DNA of 64,000 nucleotides from a virus (taxonomy: Duplodnaviria; Caudoviricetes), in the IMG/VR virus record IMGVR_UViG_3300032038_000033, positions 40,461 to 104,460 of that record; one strand, given 5' to 3'. Below are positions 1-9,511 of the stretch, piece after piece; the first letter of the stretch is position 1, and each line of letters opens with the position of its first letter. Under the pieces are notes generated by a model. That model was not told where the DNA came from. It saw only the letters and a program-made list of their open reading frames with translations, and ran no database searches. The translations under genes and the position numbers were made by a program.

Positions 1-1
1 T

Positions 2-223
2 ATAGAACAGAGAGTTACAAGTTATACCATTTATGTTGCTGGTAGTAATAGAGCATTGGTAAATCAAGTTTATTCTACAAATGGTGTGGCTTTAAGTGTT
101 GCATTTAAAGCTGCCTACGGTGAACTGAGTGGTATATATGACGCTGCTGTAAGTAAATTACAAGCAAGTATAAGTGAATTTGATACAGTAATTTGGCGTT
201 GTGATAATACAACAAAAGCATAA
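2..223 (+). CDS. 3' end of a hypothetical gene running in from the window edge
   Basis: Open frame 2 from base 2 to TAA at 221-223, followed by the RBS (GAGGG) of the next gene. Confidence 0.6.
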   Translation: MEQRVTSYTIYVAGSNRALVNQVYSTNGVALSVAFKAAYGELSGIYDAAVSKLQASISEFDTVIWRCDNTTKA

Positions 224-240
224 CATATAGAAGAGGGTGA

Positions 241-828
241 ATGATTTTGATTTCAGAAAAATTGAACAAAACAAAATATATTATAACAGAATGGGAACAA
301 ATAAGATATATACCTAATATAAAGGTTAATGGCATAACATATAGTTTGGTTCTTAATTGTATTCGAGATGAAGAATATATTTGTAAGACATTATCAATAA
401 TTAAGTCACCTGAAAAAATATATTCAGATACGCTATACACATTTATAGTTGAAACTACAAAATATGATGAAAATATTATATTGCTTAGTAAACAAGAAAT
501 AATTAATATAATAAACTCATTTGGTTTTAAAATAGAGTGGGCTAATCAAATTAAACTTAGTAGCAAAGAATATGATATACTTTGTAGCTTATTTAGACTT
601 GGATATAATTATGTACAAAGATTAAGATATTCAGAACCTGTAGATGAAACTTATTTGGCTTGTACTGAAAACGTATTAAGCACTTATGCGTCTACTTTTA
701 AACCTAAGAAAATGCAGGATATATGTAATATAGAAATATCCAAGAATGATTTTAAATGGATTGAAACTGAACAATATATTTCTATACCTACTATTATAGG
801 AATAAATATAAGAGGTGCTAAATGTTAA
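241..828 (+). CDS. hypothetical protein
   Basis: 195-aa ORF with RBS, overlaps next gene. Confidence 0.6.
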   Translation: MILISEKLNKTKYIITEWEQIRYIPNIKVNGITYSLVLNCIRDEEYICKTLSIIKSPEKIYSDTLYTFIVETTKYDENIILLSKQEIINIINSFGFKIEWANQIKLSSKEYDILCSLFRLGYNYVQRLRYSEPVDETYLACTENVLSTYASTFKPKKMQDICNIEISKNDFKWIETEQYISIPTIIGINIRGAKC

Positions 829-1118
829 AATTATTTAGAATTGAGTTAAAACAATCTCCAAATTCTGAAACTTTATTACCTAAGAATTGCTCTCCTATGG
901 TGACATATGTAGTAGCGCCTACAATGGATAGCGCACATATAGCTTTATTAAATGCTTATAAAGATGATATTGCAAATGGTGATATTTCTGAATCAGATAT
1001 AAATATTGATACATTAACAGTTATAGCTTCCGAGGATAATCAAATATTCCAATCTAATTTTTATAGATTAGTTGATTATAGGAATATTAGTGATAAGGAG
1101 AATGATAACAATGAGTAA
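822..1118 (+). CDS. hypothetical protein
   Basis: 98-aa ORF with GAGGTG RBS. Confidence 0.6.
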   Translation: MLKLFRIELKQSPNSETLLPKNCSPMVTYVVAPTMDSAHIALLNAYKDDIANGDISESDINIDTLTVIASEDNQIFQSNFYRLVDYRNISDKENDNNE

Positions 1119-2115
1119 TTATTATATTTATCATCATACTGATGATGACGGTTGGAGTTCAGCAGCAATTACTATATTACATTTACTTGAAACTGGAAAG
1201 ATAACCTCATGGGAAGATGATAGATTAAATTTGATTTCATACAGTTACGAACCGATTAATTTCTTTTTACCTATGAGAAATTATGTAGAAGGTGATGAAG
1301 TATTTATTGTTGATTTATCTGTATCATTAGCTACTTCAACTAAATTTAATAATTTCTTAGTTTTACTTAACACTGTTGGCTCTAAGTTAACTTGGATAGA
1401 CCACCATTTATCTTCTGAAAATGTGTTGAATGATAACATAGATGACATTAAAACATTATTTATAAAATATAATTTTAATTATTATGTTAATAAAGATAAT
1501 TGTGCTTCTTTTAATTGTTGGAATTATTTCTTTAAGGATAGGCCGATACCTGAAATAATTAGAATTATTGATGATTGGGATTGTTTCAAGCATAAACTGT
1601 CAATAACAAAGCCGTTTCACTATGGTTTTGTGTCAAGTAAAAAGAATTTACCCTTTATTACAGATTGGCAAGATATTTTACTTGACAGAGGTAAATGTTT
1701 ATCTTTTGTAAATCAATGTGTTGAAAATGGTAAAGCTGTAATAAATTTCTTAGAAGAAGAAAATATGGTGAATTATAGCAATTATCATTTTGAATGTAAG
1801 TTATATGGTTTTAATTGTTGTTGTTTAAATGCTCGTAGAAATAGTGATATATTTATAGATTATGATAAATATGATTTAGTATTATCATTTATATATGATG
1901 GTAAATATTATAAATATTCTTTATATAGTGCAGGAAAACAAAAAGAAGTATTTTGTAATATAATTTCTTCAATTTATGGTGGTGGCGGTCATAAAGGTGC
2001 TGCCGGATTTACAAGTCCAAAACTTATTGTAGATAAGTATTATACTAAATTATATAAAATAAAAGATTTCATTCGTTCTTTTAAATATAAAAAGTTGCTT
2101 AGGAAAGGAAAATGA
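1111..2115 (+). CDS. DHH/DHHA1 family phosphoesterase
   Basis: Motifs YHHTDDDG, IVDLS, WIDHH and GGGGHKGAAGF; start moved to ATG 1111 after AAGGAG. Confidence 0.9.
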   Translation: MSNYYIYHHTDDDGWSSAAITILHLLETGKITSWEDDRLNLISYSYEPINFFLPMRNYVEGDEVFIVDLSVSLATSTKFNNFLVLLNTVGSKLTWIDHHLSSENVLNDNIDDIKTLFIKYNFNYYVNKDNCASFNCWNYFFKDRPIPEIIRIIDDWDCFKHKLSITKPFHYGFVSSKKNLPFITDWQDILLDRGKCLSFVNQCVENGKAVINFLEEENMVNYSNYHFECKLYGFNCCCLNARRNSDIFIDYDKYDLVLSFIYDGKYYKYSLYSAGKQKEVFCNIISSIYGGGGHKGAAGFTSPKLIVDKYYTKLYKIKDFIRSFKYKKLLRKGK

Positions 2116-2118
2116 CCT

Positions 2119-3123
2119 ATGCTTATAAGAGGTAAAGGTAATATTGCTTCATATACATTAGACGGAAAAACAAGAAGTTATAGTGACGGAGATTTACGTC
2201 TGGTTAATATGGAAACAGTTCAAATGATTGAGGGTATTAAAGCTTCACAAGGTATATATTATTTAGTAGCTTATGTTAGTACAGGTAGAACGAATTATGG
2301 TCCTATAAGTTTTAATGCAGTACACCCAGCTTCTTATTCATTGCAACCGATTGACCTTAAAAACATTACTGATATTGATAAAAATAATAACTTTGTTAAT
2401 GAATCTAATGGTTATAGAGTTGTTTTGGCGAATAAAGATGATAAATTTTATCGTGCGAGAGATACTAATAATATTTATATTATTAGAAAATATATGAGAC
2501 AGTTATCTCGTAACATGACATATTTTATTTTATCATTTGGTAATAACTTTAAAAATGCATTAACTAAATTATTTTCTTGGAATTGGCTTACAACAGAAAG
2601 TAGTGGCGGTGGTAAATATTCTTATACAGCAAGAACATTAATGCTTCATAAATTAACCAATGAGGAAGATAGTAGATATGATGACTGTTTGGGTGTTAAC
2701 GGTATAGAAATAGTTAAACTCGGTAGATACACTACTAAAGAAAATATAGCAGTAGAAATAAATAAAATACAAAGAGAATATTCTAAGTTTATAAGAGGTA
2801 CTTTATCTTGTTTTGAACCCCCAAAAGTATATCAGTTAGGTGCAGATAGGCTCAAAGCAAGTAACATACAAGCTGGTAATCCGTATCAAGGTGGAGGTGC
2901 ATCTTATAGATATACTACTTCTCCTTATATATCAAATAATAAGGTAATTGCTGACGCTGGCTTATATATAGATAAAAATACTTGGTTAAGGTCAGGTATT
3001 GATTATGATATAAGTTTTCCCACATATAGTTCAAGTAAGAAAACATATAAACTTACTTATAAATTCAAAGGTCAGTATATAGGACTTGGAACCAAAGAAG
3101 TTTATTTTAATTTTACTAAATAA
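2119..3123 (+). CDS. hypothetical protein with C-terminal Ig-like (MBG-type) repeat
   Basis: C-terminal LRSGIDYDISF...FKGQYIG resembles the LxxGxDYxVSY...GKGNYxG repeats of Firmicute surface proteins. Confidence 0.45.
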   Translation: MLIRGKGNIASYTLDGKTRSYSDGDLRLVNMETVQMIEGIKASQGIYYLVAYVSTGRTNYGPISFNAVHPASYSLQPIDLKNITDIDKNNNFVNESNGYRVVLANKDDKFYRARDTNNIYIIRKYMRQLSRNMTYFILSFGNNFKNALTKLFSWNWLTTESSGGGKYSYTARTLMLHKLTNEEDSRYDDCLGVNGIEIVKLGRYTTKENIAVEINKIQREYSKFIRGTLSCFEPPKVYQLGADRLKASNIQAGNPYQGGGASYRYTTSPYISNNKVIADAGLYIDKNTWLRSGIDYDISFPTYSSSKKTYKLTYKFKGQYIGLGTKEVYFNFTK

Positions 3124-3125
3124 CT

Positions 3126-3179
3126 TTAATAGTTTATTTAGATTTTTATTAAACCTTTTTAATATTTATGTGTTATACT
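3126..3179 (+). promoter_or_regulatory. direct-repeat/N31 class promoter
   Basis: TTAATA-N5-TTTAGA, 31 bp, TATACT preceded by TGT. Confidence 0.7.
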
Positions 3180-3252
3180 AATTATATAAAAAGAGGAACA
3201 CATAAATGTTGAAAAGGTTTTTAAATTTTTGTATTATAAGGAGGCTTTATTT

Positions 3253-3477
3253 ATGAATAATAAGAATAATTTCACATTAGGTGGTAGGGATTTAACTAAA
3301 GGTAGATTATCTACAATGGAAACCACCTTTCTCGCTGCTAATCTAAATAGTATCGAAAAAGAAAGAAATGAACAAAAGTATTTTTCTGAAACTACACCGT
3401 CAAGTATTAAAACTATTGCTACTATAATTGTAATTGCAATTATTATTTTACAGTGCTTGCCAATATTTTTCAAATGA
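3253..3477 (+). CDS. small membrane protein
   Basis: AAGGAGG RBS; C-terminal hydrophobic helix. Confidence 0.6.
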   Translation: MNNKNNFTLGGRDLTKGRLSTMETTFLAANLNSIEKERNEQKYFSETTPSSIKTIATIIVIAIIILQCLPIFFK

Positions 3478-3618
3478 CTTAATTTAATATTTATAAAAAC
3501 TTGTTTATTTGTTAATTTTTATGTGTTAAAATAAATTTGTAAAGAAAGAAAATTAGAGAAAAAAAATGTAGAAAGTGAGGTTGTTTGCAAGATATTAAAT
3601 ATCTTGGAGGTAGAAATT

Positions 3619-4188
3619 ATGAGAAGGAGTACACTATTAAATAAATCTAAATCAATTATACTTAATAATCATATTGTTGATAATATACTAAATAATACAT
3701 TAACAACAATTATCATGCCAGTTACTAATAAAAATTTATACAGTGCTAATGATATACTTTATTGTAAGGAAAGCGTTTATGTAGTTCCGCTTAGTATTGC
3801 AGTAGAATTTGAGAAGAAGAACAATATAGAACGAACTTCATTTGATGAAACATATAGTTATTATTATACGGAAAAAATCTTAGATTTGAATGATTTTTCA
3901 GGTGTGGTTAAATCTAATACGAAAAATAATTGTAGATGTTTTATAAAGGTAACTAAATCAGTTCTTTGTAATACAGATTATATTACTGATGATATTGCTA
4001 AGTCTTTAGGTTTTGAAAATAAGAAGGAACTTGCCAAAAGTTATAATTCATATATAAAGTATTATTTAGACATGACGTGTAAGAATGAATGTCAGAAAGT
4101 AAATCTATTTAAAAATATTTATCAGTTTAATAAAAATCCTGATATTCAGTTAGTTTCATTTGAGCGATTAGAAAGCTCTGATGAATAA
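3619..4188 (+). CDS. ASCH/PUA-like phage protein (divergent)
   Basis: DILYCKE, ITDDIAKSLGF and NPDIQLVSFERL match the pattern of phage ASCH-like proteins. Confidence 0.5.
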   Translation: MRRSTLLNKSKSIILNNHIVDNILNNTLTTIIMPVTNKNLYSANDILYCKESVYVVPLSIAVEFEKKNNIERTSFDETYSYYYTEKILDLNDFSGVVKSNTKNNCRCFIKVTKSVLCNTDYITDDIAKSLGFENKKELAKSYNSYIKYYLDMTCKNECQKVNLFKNIYQFNKNPDIQLVSFERLESSDE

Positions 4189-4293
4189 CATATAAGAATA
4201 TTTACTAATTATTTATTTATATTCAATTAATAATGACACTACTAATATAAAATAGTAGTGTCATTATTATTTTTTGCAAAGGAGATAATTAAA

Positions 4294-4767
4294 ATGGTAA
4301 TAGATACAAGTACAATAGTTGTGATTTGTAGTGTTATCACATCTGTTGCCGGCGCAGGTGCCGTTATAAATAAAAGTATTAAGAAATGGTCCGATAAAGT
4401 CACCGATAAACTTAAAGCTGATATTATGAAGGAAGTAGGTGTTGATATGGACGCTATGAAAAAGGAATTTGCTGAAAAGTATAGTTCAGCGGTCGCAGAT
4501 TTTAACGCTAAGTTAGATATTGTTGTAAGTGCTATGACTGAAACTAAACAATATCGAAGTAAGAGAGAAAATGATGAAAAGAAATTTAGATTAGCAACAT
4601 TAAAAGGTCTTATTGTATCTGCGCACGGTACTTATGTGCCTATAGGTAAAATAGACACTCACGTTCTAAGTACACTTGAAGATGTTTATGATGAGTATAA
4701 AGAACTGGGTGGCAATCATTTTGTTGATAATCTAATGGAAGATTTAAGAAAATTACAAAAAATATAA
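4294..4767 (+). CDS. holin-like membrane protein
   Basis: N-terminal TM helix, coiled coil and YxxLGGN C-terminal motif typical of Firmicute phage lysis-module proteins; ACTAATA at 4241. Confidence 0.55.
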   Translation: MVIDTSTIVVICSVITSVAGAGAVINKSIKKWSDKVTDKLKADIMKEVGVDMDAMKKEFAEKYSSAVADFNAKLDIVVSAMTETKQYRSKRENDEKKFRLATLKGLIVSAHGTYVPIGKIDTHVLSTLEDVYDEYKELGGNHFVDNLMEDLRKLQKI

Positions 4768-4782
4768 GGAGGTTGATTTAAA

Positions 4783-6165
4783 ATGTCAACTGAAATAGCA
4801 ACAAACGGTATTCAATATACAGATAGATATAATAGCTCAGTTGGATATAAATGCTGTACAACCGTAGAACATAATATTATATTAACTCATAATAGTTCTA
4901 TACAACCCACAACAGTTGATATTCCGCAAACTGATGCTAATTGTCATGTTCTTATGATGCATTTATATAATAATGATACATTAGTTAACTTGTGTAATGT
5001 ATCAAATATTGAAATTAAATTTATATGTGGAGATAAAACAGTTATTGGTGATTATCGGAGATTAGCTATTGTTAATGCTTGCAAAGGCATAGTGTCCTAT
5101 TTATTAGACAAAGATGCTACAAGTCATTTAGGTACTAATTCTATAAAATTAACATTAACTATCGGTACAGGTACAGTTACATTTGACGGCACATATAACG
5201 TAGTTCCAAATGTTCAAACTGATACTACTACTATTGTATTACCTGATACTTGTAGAGATACAGAATATGTTTATGGTCCGTATTGTAGGCATACATTATC
5301 CTATAAAAATTCTTCTACAACTGATTCCGCAGATAGTGATGATGATTGTAATTGTGATTGCAATTGTCCTTCTTGTCCTGTATATCCTGACGGAGCTGAT
5401 GAAATAACACTTAGAGAATTATATTTTATTACAATGGGTCATATCAATAATAAATCTTTACACCTTAATAATAAGAGAATTGAAACTCTTAGTAGCTGTT
5501 TTAAAACTGTAGAAAATTATGCCGATTTACTTAATGAAATTAGTTGTTCTTGTAGTGGAGATAAAATAGCTAATGGTAGATTATATCGAGTTAATAATGT
5601 TAATGGTGAAGTGAAATATTATTATTGGGATGCTCCTTCTATTTCATTTAAAGAAACTACTTTTGGTAGTCAAGGTGAGCCTGGTAGAGACGCTGATGAC
5701 ATTACTTGGAATGAAACAGGCTATAGCGGAATAGTGAATTATAATGTAGGTAATTTAACTGCTGGTACTGACATATCTAATATGACTATTACTCAAATAT
5801 TAGCTAAGATGTTTGGTATGGGTAAAGTTGTGCCTACACCTATTATAATGGGCGAAAATGCAGAATATGATTATATTCAAACAATAGCTTTATCATTCCC
5901 GATTACAAATCTTGTAAATGAATTGGTTGCTAATATAGATTTAGAGAAAATAACTGTAACTGGCAATAAAGAATTTACAAGCAACATATTATTTGATGAT
6001 GTTAGCAATATGATAGTAATAACATTAAGTAGTTTACTTGAAGATACTACTATAACTATTAACTTTGCAGAAGGAACTGTTTCACAAACTGGCAATATAG
6101 AATATGGCTATGAGCTAACAACAGTAAATTCTGAGCAGAAAGAAATTACAATAAAAGTGAACTAA
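4783..6165 (+). CDS. virion structural protein with BppU-like N-terminal domain
   Basis: QTDANCHVLMMHLYNN...IVSYLL pattern of BppU N-terminal domain; short GSQGEPGRD collagen-like stretch; beta-rich C-terminus. Confidence 0.5.
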   Translation: MSTEIATNGIQYTDRYNSSVGYKCCTTVEHNIILTHNSSIQPTTVDIPQTDANCHVLMMHLYNNDTLVNLCNVSNIEIKFICGDKTVIGDYRRLAIVNACKGIVSYLLDKDATSHLGTNSIKLTLTIGTGTVTFDGTYNVVPNVQTDTTTIVLPDTCRDTEYVYGPYCRHTLSYKNSSTTDSADSDDDCNCDCNCPSCPVYPDGADEITLRELYFITMGHINNKSLHLNNKRIETLSSCFKTVENYADLLNEISCSCSGDKIANGRLYRVNNVNGEVKYYYWDAPSISFKETTFGSQGEPGRDADDITWNETGYSGIVNYNVGNLTAGTDISNMTITQILAKMFGMGKVVPTPIIMGENAEYDYIQTIALSFPITNLVNELVANIDLEKITVTGNKEFTSNILFDDVSNMIVITLSSLLEDTTITINFAEGTVSQTGNIEYGYELTTVNSEQKEITIKVN

Positions 6166-6192
6166 ATGAATCTTTTAAACTAATTTATAAAT

Positions 6193-6236
6193 ATAAAGGG
6201 TATCGTTTTATTTGAGATGCCCTTTATAATTTTTTA
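6193..6236 (+). terminator. intrinsic terminator
   Basis: ATAAAGGGTATC/GATGCCCTTTAT hairpin followed by T-run. Confidence 0.7.
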
Positions 6237-6317
6237 TGTTTTATTTACATTAATTTAATTTTATATTAATACATACACGTCTTAAATGTGTTATAATTAG
6301 TGTAGAAAGAAAGGTGA

Positions 6318-6803
6318 ATGTATGTGAAACTTACAATAAGAGAAAACTATTTCGGTAATGCCTATCTGCTTACAAGAAATGGAGATGAAATAGATGTTTT
6401 AAATCACCCTACTGAAAATTTTGAATTTGAAAGCATATTGTATTTACTTGAAAACTTTGGCACAGAAGAAGATAAGCGATTAGCTTTAGAATATGAACAA
6501 AATCAATTTGACTATTTAAAAGACCAAATTTTACAGAATTACAATGAAAATTATTGTAAAGTAAGAGTGTGGGGAATATTTGCTGATGAAGTGACTTTTA
6601 GAATTACTTCAACAGATAAATTTAATTGGTACAATATTATTGTTGAATTTCTTTTAAAACATAGATATACAAATTCTTTAATTACAGTTGAATCTAACAA
6701 AAATGAAAATTATAGAATTTATTGGAACAAAGTAACTTATGATTGTGCCGTTAATCCGATAAATAAAATGATTTTGGAAAAGAAACTAAAAAGAACAAAG
6801 TAA
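6318..6803 (+). CDS. hypothetical protein, N-terminal LTIRE motif
   Basis: ORF with RBS; member of the [I/L]-x-E N-terminal family. Confidence 0.65.
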   Translation: MYVKLTIRENYFGNAYLLTRNGDEIDVLNHPTENFEFESILYLLENFGTEEDKRLALEYEQNQFDYLKDQILQNYNENYCKVRVWGIFADEVTFRITSTDKFNWYNIIVEFLLKHRYTNSLITVESNKNENYRIYWNKVTYDCAVNPINKMILEKKLKRTK

Positions 6804-6806
6804 AAG

Positions 6807-6860
6807 TTAACATTTATTTAACATTATTATAACACGTTTTACATAAATATATGTTATACT
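6807..6860 (+). promoter_or_regulatory. direct-repeat/N31 promoter of the first tRNA operon
   Basis: TTAACA-N5-TTAACA (6807-6823), 31 bp, TATACT 6855-6860. Confidence 0.8.
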
Positions 6861-6874
6861 AATAAATGTAGAAA

Positions 6875-6994
6875 AGAGTAAATAACCACTTAAACTATTG
6901 TAAGGGTAATTCATAGTTACACTTACGAATAAGGTACTAATTCAACTCGTACTGATTAAAGTTTGTGTGCTTTTATGATAGGGTTATTTACTCT
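6875..6994 (+). ncRNA. structured RNA, closing stem plus pseudoknot (copy 1)
   Basis: AGAGTAAATAACC/GGTTATTTACTCT closing stem; crossing helices 6888-6896/6960-6968 and 6897-6908/6968-6979. Confidence 0.55.
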
Positions 6995-7000
6995 ATATAA

Positions 7001-7075
7001 GGTCGGTTGGTCAAGTGGTTAAGACATTGACCTTTCACGGCAAAGTCACGGGTTCAATTCCTGTACCGACTACCA
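7001..7075 (+). tRNA. tRNA-Glu(TTC)
   Basis: Cloverleaf, loop CTTTCAC, GGTTCAATTCC T-arm, encoded CCA; one anticodon-stem mismatch. Confidence 0.9.
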
Positions 7076-7084
7076 AATCCGAAA

Positions 7085-7214
7085 TTATAAAATGATAGCT
7101 GATTTTATTTGAGTAGGCGTTGCTCACGTTACGAGAAGTCAGTTTTACGTTTCTGGCGCATAGGAAATTTAGATTAACGTGACCAATGGTTGTGAGGTAA
7201 ATCAACCTCCTATG
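7085..7214 (+). ncRNA. two-hairpin RNA with possible kissing loops
   Basis: AGCTGATTT/GAAGTCAGTT and CATAGGA/TCCTATG stems; loop segments TCACGTTA and TAACGTGA are complementary. Confidence 0.4.
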
Positions 7215-7215
7215 T

Positions 7216-7291
7216 TGGGTATTAGCCAAGTGGTAAGGCAGAGGACTTTGACTCCTTCATTTCGCTGGTTCAAATCCAGCATACCCAGCCA
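7216..7291 (+). tRNA. tRNA-Gln(TTG)
   Basis: TGGGTAT/ATACCCA acceptor, loop CTTTGAC, CCA. Confidence 0.93.
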
Positions 7292-7378
7292 TAGCCTATA
7301 AAGGCTTATTCATTTTTAATTTCTCGTTTCTGACAAATCGGAATAGACGGTTGACAGCTTGGACAGACAAGTATTTAT

Positions 7379-7449
7379 GTACCTGTAGTAGGTAGAGCAC
7401 CGTCCTTTTAAGGGGGTTGTCGTGAGTTCAAGTCTCACCAGGTACACCA
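7379..7449 (+). tRNA. degenerate tRNA-Lys(TTT) with truncated D-arm
   Basis: GTACCTG/CAGGTAC acceptor, CTTTTAA loop, normal T-arm and CCA, but the 5' D-stem (GCTCAG) is missing. Confidence 0.6.
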
Positions 7450-7451
7450 TT

Positions 7452-7556
7452 AAGAGTAAAGCGTTTATTCTGCTTAAAAAATTAGTTAACTTCCTTTTAT
7501 TTATTTGATGGATTGTGATTAGCAGAATGAGTTGGTTAACGAATAGCTTTACTCTT
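7452..7556 (+). ncRNA. structured RNA, closing stem plus pseudoknot (copy 2)
   Basis: AAGAGTAAAGC/GCTTTACTCTT; crossing helices ATTCTGCT/AGCAGAAT and TTAGTTAAC/GTTGGTTAA. Confidence 0.55.
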
Positions 7557-7560
7557 GTGC

Positions 7561-7637
7561 CGAGGTGTAACTCAGCTTGGTAGAGTGCTTGGTTTGGGAC
7601 CAAGATGCCATAGGTTCAAATCCTGTCACCTCGACCA
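7561..7637 (+). tRNA. tRNA-Pro(TGG)
   Basis: CGAGGTG/CACCTCG acceptor, loop TTTGGGA, CCA. Confidence 0.93.
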
Positions 7638-7662
7638 TAAAATAAGAAAGGAGTTAAGCAAA

Positions 7663-8085
7663 ATGATTACTTTATTAGAAAGTAAAGATAATGCCTTAAT
7701 AGGTATTTGGTGGTGGACTGGTAATGAAATCATTGGTAAATCTTGTTTAGTTGACAATGGATTTACAGATAATCGTTACATTCAATATTCTGATAAAGAA
7801 AATCATTTAACTCTTTGGAGAAAAATATGCGAAGAAAACAATATACCTAAAGAAATCATAAATAAAGGATATAAGTATTATGAGAGGGGAAGAGTAATCT
7901 ATAATCTTATGTCACAAAGTTTTGAAGTTATTCTTAGTCAAGATTTATATGGTAATAAAGATTTTAAACGTGAGTGTAAAGATTATTTCAATTTATATAA
8001 TTGTCGAGTAGAATTTATTCCATTAAATCATTATTACCGAGTTGATACAGATAATCCAGCTATATTAGATTTTGAATACGATTAA
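7663..8085 (+). CDS. hypothetical protein, N-terminal MITLLE motif
   Basis: AAGGAG RBS before ATG 7663; the longer 7555 start overlaps tRNA-Pro. Confidence 0.7.
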   Translation: MITLLESKDNALIGIWWWTGNEIIGKSCLVDNGFTDNRYIQYSDKENHLTLWRKICEENNIPKEIINKGYKYYERGRVIYNLMSQSFEVILSQDLYGNKDFKRECKDYFNLYNCRVEFIPLNHYYRVDTDNPAILDFEYD

Positions 8086-8133
8086 AGATAGGAAAGAATT
8101 TATTTACGATTATCTTAAAAGAATTACTAAAGT

Positions 8134-8187
8134 TTAACAATTACTTAACATTTATATAACATATTTTTAAATAATATGTGTTATACT
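8134..8187 (+). promoter_or_regulatory. direct-repeat/N31 promoter of the second tRNA operon
   Basis: TTAACA-N5-TTAACA (8134-8150), 31 bp, TATACT 8182-8187. Confidence 0.8.
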
Positions 8188-8366
8188 ATAATAGTAATAC
8201 AAATAAATAAGATTGGTGCTACGGGCTATGACTATGTTTACAACGTTTATGATATAGAGGCATCCGTTCGGGATATCCTCTTAGAGGAGTTGAACTTAAT
8301 AATAGGCTTTGAGTATTACACCAGCAGTAGTTAAATGGAGTTTGATGAACAGCCAATTTTATATAG

Positions 8367-8443
8367 GTGCCTTTAGCTCAGTTGGAAAGAGTAACTGCCT
8401 TCTAAGCAGTAGGTTATTGGTTCAAATCCAATAAGGCATACCA
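8367..8443 (+). tRNA. tRNA-Arg(TCT)
   Basis: GTGCCTT/AAGGCAT acceptor, ACTGC-CTTCTAA-GCAGT anticodon arm, CCA. Confidence 0.92.
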
Positions 8444-8779
8444 TATAAAGATTGTAGTGAGTATAAAGCCATAAGAAATTAAGATTTCAATGTACAAACT
8501 TATACTTTATAACTTCCGTACAAGGTTTAGTGTAAGAGAAATCAGAGATTAGATAAATGGTGTAGCGGTAGCACGTTTCCACTATAAGGAAAAGGGTAGC
8601 AGTTCAAGCCTGCATTTATCGACCAAAAAGAAAATCTCTTAAAATTAGTATCTTATGAAAAACAATGGTAAAATGAGAAGTTACAACTTAGTCGGTTTGG
8701 AGAAAGACTGTAGGTAAGTGATGTGTACACAAATCCTACCCATTGTCCTATAGGTGAAAATCCTATAGCAATCTTTATA
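8444..8779 (+). ncRNA. large structured RNA containing a nested tRNA-like element
   Basis: TATAAAGATTG/CAATCTTTATA closing stem, T-arm-like hairpin CTATAGG-TGAAAAT-CCTATAG at the 3' end, AGAGATT/AATCTCT stem enclosing 8551-8625. Confidence 0.5.
8551..8625 (+). tRNA. tRNA-like element, anticodon loop ACTATAA (nominal TAT, no U33)
   Basis: D-arm GGTGTAGCGGTAGCAC, TTTCC/GGAAA stem, GCAG-TTCAAGC-CTGC T-arm, ACCA end. Confidence 0.55.
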
Positions 8780-8785
8780 ATATAT

Positions 8786-8875
8786 CTATGTGTAGTATTT
8801 ATATCATGATACGCTCTGGCCAGAATATAAATATGATATTGGAAAATGTTAGTTCGATTCTAACCACATAGGCCA
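8786..8875 (+). ncRNA. tRNA-like RNA (acceptor and T-arm, aberrant middle)
   Basis: CTATGTG/CACATAG-G-CCA acceptor; GTTAG-TTCGATT-CTAAC T-arm; no canonical D or anticodon arm. Confidence 0.55.
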
Positions 8876-9108
8876 GCTGACTTGTCAATGTCGTTAAACT
8901 TGATAAGTGACAACAGCTTGAAAGCAATTTGGAAGTTGACGGTTCGTTTCCGTTTTAATGCAGAGTTTGGCTGCGCAATGACCTCTTTGTAAATGTGATT
9001 CCTCCTACTTGTTGCCGCTGTAAGGTGATTTATGAGTAAAAATACCGAAAGATATTTACAGCTATTGATTAGGTAAAGCTATCGTAGAGGATTGCCGATA
9101 GCAGATAT

Positions 9109-9184
9109 GCTGAATAATCCAAAGAAACGAGGTAATTTCCAAAGTGAAATTAATTAATTGGTGTAAGTCCAATATTCAGCACCA
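9109..9184 (+). ncRNA. tRNA-like RNA
   Basis: GCTGAAT/ATTCAGC-A-CCA acceptor, ATTGG-TGTAAGT-CCAAT T-arm-like hairpin, TAATTTC/GAAATTA stem with 6-nt loop. Confidence 0.5.
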
Positions 9185-9331
9185 GAGTTCCAGATAGCTT
9201 TAGAGGAAATACACATAAAATTTAGCTATCATAATTGTGTGTGGCGAGTGATACGTTGCATAAGGCTATTAAGTTAGGTCTGTTTATATCACAATAACTT
9301 ATGACAGTCTGGAAAGACAGACATTCATAAT

Positions 9332-9418
9332 GCTGCTGTGGTGGAATAGGCAGACACCTCGGACTTAAAATCCGATGATAGAAATATCGTACCAGTTCAA
9401 GTCTGGTCAGCAGCACCA
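9332..9418 (+). tRNA. tRNA-Leu(TAA)
   Basis: Leu-type D-arm GGTGGAATAGGCAGACAC, loop CTTAAAA, long variable arm, CCA. Confidence 0.93.
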
Positions 9419-9423
9419 TTTAT

Positions 9424-9499
9424 TCCTCCTTAACTCAGTCGGTAGAGTGACGCTCTGTTAAAGCGTAGGTCGTTGGTTCAAGTCCAACAGGGGGAGCCA
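9424..9499 (+). tRNA. tRNA-Asn(GTT)
   Basis: ACGCT-CTGTTAA-AGCGT anticodon arm, GCCA end. Confidence 0.93.
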
Positions 9500-9511
9500 T
9501 TTTAGGTATAA

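Noticed and set aside
7555-7662. N-terminal extension of ORF 7555..8085
   Set aside because: It overlaps tRNA-Pro; the RBS supports ATG 7663.
8551-8625. Amber suppressor tRNA and stop-codon recoding
   Set aside because: CTA is off-register in the loop, and conserved genes are full length in code 11 with TAG and TGA used as stops.
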